Virus record (IMG/VR): IMGVR_UViG_2585427785_000006
Reading direction: 5' to 3' (one strand)
Length of the DNA stretch: 7,081 nt
Source: a virus
Taxonomy: Duplodnaviria > Heunggongvirae > Uroviricota > Caudoviricetes
Below are positions 1-6,144 of the stretch, piece after piece. Position 1 is the first letter of the stretch; every line of letters begins with the position of its first letter. The position numbers and the translations under genes are program-made. The notes under the pieces were generated by a model. That model saw only the letters and a list, made by a program, of their open reading frames with translations. It ran no database searches and was not told where the DNA came from.

Positions 1-933
1 ATGGACAACGACAAAATTGATCAACACAGCGACGAAATTGAAGTTGAGAGCGAAGAAAAAGAGCGCGGCAAAAAAATAGAAATAGATGAAGACCGACTCC
101 CCTCCCGGGCGATGGCAATTCATGAGCATATCCGCCAGGATGGTGAAAAAGAGCTGGAACGCGACGCAATGGCGCTACTGTGGTCAGCCATTGCGGCGGG
201 TCTGTCGATGGGCGCTTCGTTACTGGCAAAAGGGATATTTCAAGTCGAACTGGAAGGTGTGCCGGGCAGCTTCTTGCTGGAGAATCTCGGTTATACCTTT
301 GGTTTTATTATCGTCATTATGGCCCGCCAGCAATTATTTACCGAAAATACCGTGACTGCGGTACTACCCGTCATGCAAAAACCGACAATGAGCAACGTCG
401 GCTTACTTATACGGTTATGGGGCGTCGTGCTGCTGGGTAATATTCTCGGGACAGGTATTGCGGCGTGGGCATTTGAATATATGCCTATCTTCAATGAAGA
501 AACTCGCGATGCATTTGTCAAAATCGGCATGGATGTGATGAAGAACACCCCCAGCGAGATGTTTGCCAACGCGATCATTTCCGGCTGGCTGATCGCCACT
601 ATGGTTTGGATGTTTCCTGCAGCGGGTGCGGCAAAGATTGTGGTGATTATATTGATGACCTGGCTTATTGCCCTGGGTGACACCACCCATATCGTGGTCG
701 GTTCTGTTGAAATCCTCTATCTGGTGTTTAACGGTACGCTGCACTGGAGCGATTTCATCTGGCCCTTCGCACTACCTACTTTAGCGGGGAACATCTGCGG
801 CGGCACCTTTATCTTCGCGTTAATGAGTCATGCACAGATTCGTAACGACATGAGCAATAAGCGTAAAGCAGAAGCACGCCAAAAAGCAGAACGTGCGGAA
901 AACATTAAGAAAAATTATAAAAACCCGGCATAA
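1..933 (+). CDS. yfdC: Inner membrane protein YfdC, formate/nitrite transporter (FNT) family
   Basis: Full 310-aa ORF from ATG at 1 to TAA at 931-933. The translation matches what I recall of E. coli K-12 YfdC and has a hydrophobic, multi-helix membrane profile. Its position directly upstream of tRNA-Arg argW and intS is the known K-12 arrangement. Confidence 0.9.
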   Translation: MDNDKIDQHSDEIEVESEEKERGKKIEIDEDRLPSRAMAIHEHIRQDGEKELERDAMALLWSAIAAGLSMGASLLAKGIFQVELEGVPGSFLLENLGYTFGFIIVIMARQQLFTENTVTAVLPVMQKPTMSNVGLLIRLWGVVLLGNILGTGIAAWAFEYMPIFNEETRDAFVKIGMDVMKNTPSEMFANAIISGWLIATMVWMFPAAGAAKIVVIILMTWLIALGDTTHIVVGSVEILYLVFNGTLHWSDFIWPFALPTLAGNICGGTFIFALMSHAQIRNDMSNKRKAEARQKAERAENIKKNYKNPA

Positions 934-968
934 ATGGCGAGGGTTTAAGCAATCGAGCGGCAGCGTAC

Positions 969-997
969 TTACCCCGCACTCCATTAGCGGGTATACT
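969..997 (+). promoter_or_regulatory. Putative sigma70 promoter of argW: weak -35 TTACCC (969-974), 17-bp spacer, -10 TATACT (992-997), GC-rich discriminator
   Basis: TATACT lies 11 nt upstream of the mature tRNA 5' end and is followed by a GC-rich stretch (catgccgc) of the kind seen at stringently controlled tRNA promoters. The -35 match is poor (3/6). Confidence 0.35.
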
Positions 998-1008
998 CAT
1001 GCCGCATT

Positions 1009-1083
1009 GTCCTCTTAGTTAAATGGATATAACGAGCCCCTCCTAAGGGCTAATTGCAGGTTCGATTCCTGCAGGGGACACCA
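1009..1083 (+). tRNA. argW: tRNA-Arg, anticodon CCU (reads AGG)
   Basis: 75-nt sequence GTCCTCTTAGTT...GCAGGTTCGATTCCTGCAGGGGACACCA folds as a cloverleaf: 7-bp acceptor stem (GUCCUCU/AGGGGAC), T-arm GCAGG-TTCGATT-CCTGC, anticodon loop CUCCUAA with CCU, encoded 3' CCA. It matches E. coli argW as I recall it and sits in the expected yfdC/intS context. Confidence 0.92.
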
Positions 1084-1178
1084 TTTATCAGTTCGCCCCC
1101 ATCCGTACCAGTCCGCAAAATCCCCTGAATATCAAGCCTTCCGTAGATTCACAGTTCGTCATGGTTCGCGTCAGATCG

Positions 1179-1208
1179 TTGACAGCCGCACTCCATGACG
1201 GGTAAAAA
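1179..1208 (+). promoter_or_regulatory. Putative intS promoter: perfect -35 TTGACA (1179-1184), -10 TAAAAA (1203-1208)
   Basis: Consensus -35 hexamer with an 18-bp spacer to a 4/6 -10 match, about 40 nt upstream of the intS ATG. Sequence-only prediction. Confidence 0.3.
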
Positions 1209-1244
1209 GTGGATAAAATAATTTTACCCACCGGATTTTTACCC

Positions 1245-2402
1245 ATGCTCACCGTTAAGCAGATTGAAGCAGCAAAGCCGAAAGAAAAACCATACCGCCT
1301 ACTCGATGGTAATGGCCTGTACCTTTATGTCCCTGTGTCAGGGAAAAAGGTATGGCAGCTTCGCTACAAGATTGACGGTAAGGAGAAAATCCTGACCGTA
1401 GGAAAATATCCGCTAATGACTTTGCAGGAGGCAAGGGATAAGGCATGGACTGCGAGGAAAGACATCTCGGTTGGCATCGATCCGGTAAAGGCGAAAAAGG
1501 CTTCGTCTAACAACAATTCCTTTAGTGCGATTTACAAGGAATGGTACGAGCACAAGAAGCAAGTATGGTCAGTAGGGTATGCGACTGAACTTGCAAAAAT
1601 GTTTGATGACGACATTTTACCTATCATCGGCGGCCTTGAAATTCAGGATATTGAGCCGATGCAACTGCTGGAAGTAATCCGCAGATTTGAAGATCGCGGT
1701 GCAATGGAGAGAGCAAATAAAGCCCGCAGAAGATGCGGCGAGGTTTTCCGTTACGCTATTGTTACTGGTAGGGCTAAATATAACCCGGCACCTGACCTTG
1801 CTGACGCCATGAAGGGATACCGCAAGAAAAACTTCCCGTTTCTTCCTGCAGACCAGATCCCGGCATTTAACAAAGCACTGGCAACATTTTCAGGAAGCAT
1901 CGTATCGCTCATTGCGACCAAAGTTTTACGCTACACAGCCCTCAGAACAAAAGAGCTTCGTTCCATGCTATGGAAGAACGTCGATTTTGAAAACAGGATT
2001 ATCACCATCGACGCCAATGTGATGAAGGGACGCAAAATTCATGTGGTTCCTATGTCAGACCAGGTAGTTGAACTTCTCACTATGCTAAGCTCAATCACCA
2101 AACCAGTATCAGAGTTTGTTTTTGCCGGGCGCAACGATAAGAAGAAGCCAATTTGCGAGAACGCTGTACTGCTTGTGATCAAACAAATCGGCTATGAAGG
2201 TCTGGAAAGCGGTCACGGATTCAGGCATGAATTCAGCACGATTATGAACGAGCACGAATGGCCTGCCGACGCCATTGAAGTGCAACTTGCACATGCCAAC
2301 GGCGGATCTGTGCGCGGGATTTACAACCATGCACAGTATCTCGATAAGCGCAGAGAAATGATGCAGTGGTGGGCGGACTGGCTTGATGAAAAGGTAGAGT
2401 GA
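1245..2402 (+). CDS. intS: Tyrosine site-specific integrase, P4/CPS-53 (KpLE1) IntS type
   Basis: 385-aa ORF beginning MLTVKQIEAAKPKEKPYRLLDGNGLYLYV, matching E. coli K-12 IntS as I recall it. The C-terminal catalytic region carries tyrosine-recombinase hallmarks (LRTKELR, HGFRHEF, GSVRGIYNH with the nucleophile Tyr). The ORF track extends upstream to a GTG at 1209; I take ATG 1245 as the start by homology. Confidence 0.9.
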   Translation: MLTVKQIEAAKPKEKPYRLLDGNGLYLYVPVSGKKVWQLRYKIDGKEKILTVGKYPLMTLQEARDKAWTARKDISVGIDPVKAKKASSNNNSFSAIYKEWYEHKKQVWSVGYATELAKMFDDDILPIIGGLEIQDIEPMQLLEVIRRFEDRGAMERANKARRRCGEVFRYAIVTGRAKYNPAPDLADAMKGYRKKNFPFLPADQIPAFNKALATFSGSIVSLIATKVLRYTALRTKELRSMLWKNVDFENRIITIDANVMKGRKIHVVPMSDQVVELLTMLSSITKPVSEFVFAGRNDKKKPICENAVLLVIKQIGYEGLESGHGFRHEFSTIMNEHEWPADAIEVQLAHANGGSVRGIYNHAQYLDKRREMMQWWADWLDEKVE

Positions 2403-2622
2403 GCGACCTTAAACTATCGAATAGCACAAAGCCTAGCAATCCAGTACAAAGCTTTGTGTGTCTCAGTTTTGTCTAAGTGTTCTACTAAAACATAGTAAAA
2501 TCGGTAACGGCTGGAAATCATTCAATACTCGCACTATCGGAAGTTCACCAGCCAGCCGCGGTACGTTCTTACATACGATGTACCGCTGTTCTCTTTACGA
2601 TTTATAGCTGTACTGGTGAATT

Positions 2623-2948
2623 ATGAGCAATCTGAATCCATGCATGACGTGTGGTGCCTGTTGTGCATTTTCCGCGTCTCTTTTTACTGGGCAGAAGCTG
2701 ACGATGCTGGCGGAAAGGTTTCGGTCAGTCTCACTGAGCAAATATCTCCTTTTCATCGCTGTATGCGCGGCACCAATCAGAAAAATCCCCGATGTGGCGC
2801 TCTTGCCGGCCCCCCCCGGAGAAAACGCATATTGCTCTGTTTACAAAAACCGTCCACATGCAGGGAATTCGCAATGTCCGGCGAAAATAGCATCGTAAAT
2901 GAAGCATGTAATCGCGCACGGGAAAAATATGGATTTCCAAAAATCTGA
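2623..2948 (+). pseudogene. YkgJ-family (CxxCxxCC putative zinc/iron-chelating domain) protein gene, disrupted by three 1-nt frameshifts
   Basis: The ATG at 2623 is preceded by a GGTGA Shine-Dalgarno and encodes [16 protein letters not shown]. The reading frame must shift -1 at T4 (2668-2671), +1 at C8 (2810-2817) and -1 at A5 (2845-2849) to give a ~109-aa protein: ...[15 protein letters not shown]...[64 protein letters not shown]. The ORF-track entries 2623..2898 and 2616..2948 are the two frames of this one gene. Confidence 0.6.
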
Positions 2949-3060
2949 ATATTCTCCGCCGTGCAAAAATGCGAACAACATCACTTCACTAATCAACCTG
3001 ACATGGCATACTTAGCACGCTAACTATGATAACAAACTAATACCCTAAAACTCATGGTTC

Positions 3061-3087
3061 CGGGACTGGTCGTGGTCCCGTTTTTTT
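3061..3087 (+). terminator. Rho-independent terminator for the YkgJ-like gene
   Basis: 6-bp GC-rich stem CGGGAC/GTCCCG (3061-3066 / 3075-3080), 8-nt loop, then T7 (3081-3087). The reverse complement has no U-tract after the stem, so it is plus-strand specific. Its T-run ends at the stop codon of the convergent J-like ORF. Confidence 0.55.
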
Positions 3088-3089
3088 AT

Positions 3090-4400
3090 TCAGCCAGCAG
3101 GCCATCCAACAACGTAACTGCGGATCGCCTTCAGCTCTGTCAGCGCCTCAACCTCTGCTTTCATCTGCAACTGCCGTGTATTAATCTCCACCCCCTTCGC
3201 AAACATCGCCTGCTCTGTCGCATCCGACAGGGCTATGATGTCTGCCGCCGTCACCGGCACCACATTATTATCCCCGTCGGTCCAAGCAAAACCTTCCGGA
3301 AGACGGTTATTCTCTGCCATCAGGCGTGTCATGCTTATCCTGGACAACGTCTTCTTGCCGTAATCCCAGTTCCTTCCGTTGAATTCCATCATGTATTCCA
3401 TATTCTCCTGCACATCACGCCAGATATTAATCTCTTCCCTTTTCGCCGCTTTTGCCGCTTCCAGTACTGCTTCCGTGGCGACAAAGGCACTCACACTTCC
3501 GTACGTTCCTGCTGTCAGCCCAGACCACAATGCTTTTCCGTGTTCTGTATTATCCGTTTCCGTTGCAGTATACGGCAGCCATACCTGTTCCCCTTTTTCA
3601 TTCCCCGCGTCTTCAAACTGCCCCTCACAGTTTATCCCGCCATATTCGTTGCTGGCTGCATTTCGTACTGCAAGAATCTCTTTTCCCTTATGGTAGTTCA
3701 CCGTCATCTGCTGACCACCAAACTGCTCCGCATCCACCTGCATCCCCACAATGGCCGTGTTCGGGTAGCACTGTTTCACATCGATGATTTCGGTGTATGA
3801 CGACCACAGCGTTCTGTTCTGCAGCTGGTCCGTGGTGCTGTCCGCCGTCTCCCTGACCATCCGGATGTTAAAGGGGCGGGGAGGCAGATTATCCAGAATC
3901 ACCGAGGCCAGGAACTGTGAGGTGGTCTTGCCGTTAATGGTGACATCCTTTTCTGTCACCCAGTTACCGTTACGCTGTAACTGAATCAGCAGACGGACAG
4001 AGGACGGATTACGGTCACCCTTTGACGTGGTCTCCACCAGTGACTGCACCCCGAAGGTCACCCGCAGGCGGTCAATGTTCGCTGACGTAATGGTGCGTGT
4101 TACCGGTTTTGCCCTGGTCACTTCGACACCCAGTACAGTTTCAGAGCCGGAGGACTCAAAGCCTTCCGGTGGTGTCTGCTCCTGCTCCCCGGCACGCCAG
4201 ACCGCGGTCACACCGTGTATCACGGGATTACCGTCCGTGTCCGTCAGCGGGGTTTTGTTCACCAGAATACTCTGCAGGCTTTTCACCGGGCCTTCTATCG
4301 GTCCCTCACCAATCGCATCAATCACGCTCATCATCTGCGTGGATTTGAGATTGTCTTTCGCCTCACGAGGCGTGTGTGCCTTACCGCCACCTTTTCCCAT
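3090..4400 (-). CDS. J: Chimeric/truncated tail tip (host specificity) protein: J-like N-terminal ~243 aa fused to ~190 aa of unassigned sequence
   Basis: 436-aa ORF with a GGAAGG Shine-Dalgarno upstream of ATG 4400. The N-terminus MGKGGGKAHTPREAKDNLKSTQ...FESSGSETVLG...VKQCYPNTA...NYH tracks lambda gpJ residues 1 to ~243. Downstream of about nt 3670 the sequence no longer resembles lambda J, and the ORF stops at 436 aa where J-like proteins run to about 1100 aa. Confidence 0.75.
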   Translation of the reverse strand: MGKGGGKAHTPREAKDNLKSTQMMSVIDAIGEGPIEGPVKSLQSILVNKTPLTDTDGNPVIHGVTAVWRAGEQEQTPPEGFESSGSETVLGVEVTRAKPVTRTITSANIDRLRVTFGVQSLVETTSKGDRNPSSVRLLIQLQRNGNWVTEKDVTINGKTTSQFLASVILDNLPPRPFNIRMVRETADSTTDQLQNRTLWSSYTEIIDVKQCYPNTAIVGMQVDAEQFGGQQMTVNYHKGKEILAVRNAASNEYGGINCEGQFEDAGNEKGEQVWLPYTATETDNTEHGKALWSGLTAGTYGSVSAFVATEAVLEAAKAAKREEINIWRDVQENMEYMMEFNGRNWDYGKKTLSRISMTRLMAENNRLPEGFAWTDGDNNVVPVTAADIIALSDATEQAMFAKGVEINTRQLQMKAEVEALTELKAIRSYVVGWPAG

Positions 4401-4506
4401 ACAGCCTTCCCCTGAATAAATTAACCGCCACTTGCCATTCCGTACAGAAGTCGGATATCCTTCGCCCGAAAAGCATGAAACACATTTCTGCCATGCTAAA
4501 GAGAAA

Positions 4507-4539
4507 CCCCGGTATCAGCAGATACCGGGGTTTTCTTTC
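4507..4539. terminator. Perfect 10-bp hairpin (CCCCGGTATC-agca-GATACCGGGG) flanked by T-rich tracts on both strands; putative bidirectional intrinsic terminator
   Basis: Stem 4507-4516 / 4521-4530 with a 4-nt loop. Followed by TTTTCTTTC on the plus strand and by TTTCTCTTT on the minus strand. Lies in the non-lambda insert between I and J. Confidence 0.5.
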
Positions 4540-4657
4540 ATGCCCACCGATAATCCTGTTGGTTAAAACCGGTAATGGCATAAAAATTCTGAATATCTTC
4601 ACATTTTCACAAACTGACCGTGGCGCGTATAATTTTTCTGCGTTTATTTTTTTTTTG

Positions 4658-4666
4658 TGATATAAA
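4658..4666 (+). promoter_or_regulatory. Candidate extended -10 element (TGaTATAAA) preceded by a T10 tract (4647-4656)
   Basis: TG at 4658-4659 sits one nt upstream of TATAAA (4661-4666), with an AT-rich UP-like region upstream. A second TATAAT is at 4628-4633. No convincing -35 for either. A start here would give a short plus-strand transcript ending at the 4699-4737 terminator. Confidence 0.3.
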
Positions 4667-4698
4667 AATAATTTCTTTCACTTAATCTTTCTTAACTC

Positions 4699-4737
4699 TC
4701 CCGCAGTTCCTGTCCGCGATCACTGCGGGATTTTTTT
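4699..4737 (+). terminator. Strong plus-strand rho-independent terminator
   Basis: 9-bp stem TCCCGCAGT/ACTGCGGGA (4699-4707 / 4722-4730), 14-nt loop, then T7 (4731-4737). The reverse complement is followed by GAGTTAAG, which is not U-rich, so it is unidirectional. It ends 8 nt from the stop of the convergent I gene. Confidence 0.6.
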
Positions 4738-4744
4738 ATTCTTT

Positions 4745-5410
4745 TTACCCCTGCCGCCCGATAACCACGACCTTTCCGCCCCCGCCTTCATCACGGGTGC
4801 TGATGTCCTGGGATATACGGCGGGAGCCAACCAGCATTTCCCCGTAAGGCACCGGCATCGGGTTCCCCTGGGCAATCATGTTATCCAGCGAGGAAAAGTA
4901 CGTGTTCTGTCTGCCGTTATCCGTTGCGCGGTAATCCGGTGTTTTTGCCTTCGGGGCCAGCATCTGGGCCACACCGCCCAGTATCATGCTGGCACCCAGT
5001 GAAAACAGCATCGTGGTGGCAGAAAAACCACCGGCACTCAGGGCTGTACCCCATAACGCCATCGAGCCTCCGGCCGTGAAGAAAGAGCCCACGATGGCTG
5101 CCGCCCCCAACACAATCTGCAGTCCACCCTTTCCGGCCCCGGCCAGTCGCGGCACAATGTGGATGACCGTTCCCTCACCCAGCTGTTCGTGAAGGCGGGC
5201 GTACACCACCTCCGGTGCCGTGTCTTCACCGGCAATACGTATCTGGTACCAGCCTTCGTTCATCTGAAGGCGAAAGCCCGGCATCTGCATCGACAGGGCG
5301 CGAATGGCTTCCGCTGCCGTGTTCACATACAGGCTGAGGCGGCGGCCAAATCGTTGTAAATCCCCGTGGTTGCCCACGGTTGAGCCAGAGATAACAGCTT
5401 CCACCATCAT
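4745..5410 (-). CDS. I: Tail assembly protein I-like, N-terminally truncated (homology from about nt 5365 downward)
   Basis: From GDLQRFGRR onward the translation tracks lambda gpI, including the Gly/Ala-rich hydrophobic segment and C-terminal ...NTYFSSLDNM.AQGN...YGEM.VGSR..SQ.IST.DEGGGG.VVVIGR. The first ~15 codons of the ORF (MMVEAVISGSTVGNH) are out-of-frame FII sequence, so the natural I start is missing. Confidence 0.75.
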   Translation of the reverse strand: MMVEAVISGSTVGNHGDLQRFGRRLSLYVNTAAEAIRALSMQMPGFRLQMNEGWYQIRIAGEDTAPEVVYARLHEQLGEGTVIHIVPRLAGAGKGGLQIVLGAAAIVGSFFTAGGSMALWGTALSAGGFSATTMLFSLGASMILGGVAQMLAPKAKTPDYRATDNGRQNTYFSSLDNMIAQGNPMPVPYGEMLVGSRRISQDISTRDEGGGGKVVVIGRQG

Positions 5411-5696
5411 CCGGCGAAACCCGGTCTATCCAGAAGTTTTCCTCACCGATGGTCAGCGTGTCTCCACGCCGCAGTTGCCGCACATCATCAGTCCGGACAA
5501 ACAGGGACGGGCTGGAGCCTTCAACGCGCACGCCCTGTCCGGCATAGCTGATATTTTCAGGGTCATCAAAAACACCACGTATTACTGCGCCGGACTGCTC
5601 ACCGGATGTCATGGTGGCTGACGTTCCCATGTACCCGCGTATCGTTTCATCGGCGCGGGCAATGGCAGCATCGAACAGGTTATCGAAATCAGCCAC
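5226..5696 (-). CDS. FII: Head-tail joining protein FII-like, lacking its last ~9 codons, with read-through extension into the I fragment
   Basis: MADFDNLFDAAIARADETIRGYMGTSAT...TLTIGEENFW.DRVSPDDGGSC.LWL.RG matches lambda gpFII residues 1 to ~108 (nt 5373-5696). The remaining 48 codons (QPRGFTTIWPPP...) are the I region read in another frame. Confidence 0.8.
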   Translation of the reverse strand: MADFDNLFDAAIARADETIRGYMGTSATMTSGEQSGAVIRGVFDDPENISYAGQGVRVEGSSPSLFVRTDDVRQLRRGDTLTIGEENFWIDRVSPDDGGSCYLWLNRGQPRGFTTIWPPPQPVCEHGSGSHSRPVDADAGLSPSDERRLVPDTYCR

Positions 5697-5707
5697 AGCG
5701 CCTCCCG

Positions 5708-6103
5708 TTATTGCATTCTGGCCAGGCCGCGCTCTGTCATTTCAGCTGCCACACCGGCAGAGACACGGAACGCCGTTCCCGGCAGCACAAATGCCACAGT
5801 GTCATCCCGCGTGGCGTGAAGTGCATCAGTATGCAGCGTCACCAGTGCCACGACCGTGACCAGAGCAGCCGTATCAATCACGGTATCCGGCTGCGCTGAT
5901 ACCACCTCATTTTCATGTCCGGTCAGCGCATTTTCCGGGCTGACAGATGTGTCCTGACCGGCAGCGTCATCCGTGTCATCAAGCTCCTCTTCCAGCTCTG
6001 CCACACGGAGCACCAGTTCTTCTTTCGTCCCCGTCAGGCTGACATCACGGTTCAGTTGCTCACCCAGCACCTGAAGACGGGCAATCAGTTCATCTTTCGT
6101 CAT
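5708..6103 (-). CDS. FI: Head assembly/DNA-packaging protein FI-like (intact, 132 aa)
   Basis: ATG at 6103 is preceded by a GGAGG Shine-Dalgarno. MTKDELIARL...LTGTKEEL.LRVAEL.EELDDTD...LTGHENEV.SAQPDTVI...HTDALHATRD..VAFVLPGTAFRVSAGVAAEMTERGLARMQ is close to lambda gpFI over its whole length. The ORF-track extension to 6142 is upstream read-through. Confidence 0.85.
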   Translation of the reverse strand: MTKDELIARLQVLGEQLNRDVSLTGTKEELVLRVAELEEELDDTDDAAGQDTSVSPENALTGHENEVVSAQPDTVIDTAALVTVVALVTLHTDALHATRDDTVAFVLPGTAFRVSAGVAAEMTERGLARMQ

Positions 6104-6114
6104 GGACTCCTCCA

Positions 6115-6142
6115 CAGAGAGAAAATGGCCCCGAAGGGCCAT
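6115..6142 (-). terminator. Hairpin with UUCG loop plus U-tract between the E fragment and FI (putative attenuator/terminator)
   Basis: On the minus strand: AUGGCCC-UUCG-GGGCCAU (7-bp stem, plus-strand 6125-6142) followed by UUUUCUCUCU, starting 2 nt after the TAA of the upstream ORF and just before the FI Shine-Dalgarno. Confidence 0.45.
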
Positions 6143-6144
6143 GA

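Noticed and set aside
86-744. ORF-track entries inside yfdC: 86..355 (+), 180..440 (+), 291..686 (-), 415..744 (-)
   Set aside because: Alternative-frame or antisense ORFs wholly inside the well-supported yfdC coding region. Their translations are low-complexity or Cys/Arg-rich with no recognisable features.
1209-1244. GTG at 1209 as the intS start (397-aa version)
   Set aside because: The recognisable IntS protein begins at the ATG at 1245 (MLTVKQ...). The upstream extension lacks a good Shine-Dalgarno and would start upstream of the predicted promoter -10. Kept only as an unlikely alternative.
1255-2439. Minus-strand ORFs 1255..1446, 2109..2330 and 2242..2439 overlapping intS
   Set aside because: Antisense to a high-confidence integrase gene, short, and without recognisable motifs or ribosome-binding sites.
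2425-2458. Inverted repeat CACAAAGC ... GCTTTGTG (containing the palindrome CAAAGCTTTG) after intS, as a possible terminator
   Set aside because: The stem is AT-rich with an 18-nt loop and only a weak T-tract (TGTGTCTCAGTTTTG), too weak to call an intrinsic terminator. It could still be a protein-binding palindrome.
2731-2940. Minus-strand ORF 2731..2940 (69 aa)
   Set aside because: Antisense to the YkgJ-like gene, with no Shine-Dalgarno or recognisable motif.
2616-2948. ORF 2616..2948 (+, 110 aa, GTG start) as an intact gene
   Set aside because: Its N-terminal [18 protein letters not shown] and internal [12 protein letters not shown] segments are out-of-frame readings. The real gene starts at ATG 2623 and needs three frame corrections, so it is reported as a frameshifted YkgJ-like pseudogene instead.
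3054-4419. Plus-strand ORFs antisense to the J-like gene, including the Cys/His-rich 248-aa ORF 3054..3800
   Set aside because: The Cys/His/Arg richness is typical of antisense translation of a coding region, and none has a convincing start context. The J-like minus-strand frame accounts for the region.
4376-4660. Small ORFs in the I-J insert: 4376..4660 (+, 94 aa) and 4381..4602 (-, 73 aa, GTG start)
   Set aside because: Both run straight through the 10-bp terminator hairpin and the J start region, lack Shine-Dalgarno sequences, and have implausible composition. The region is better treated as non-coding.
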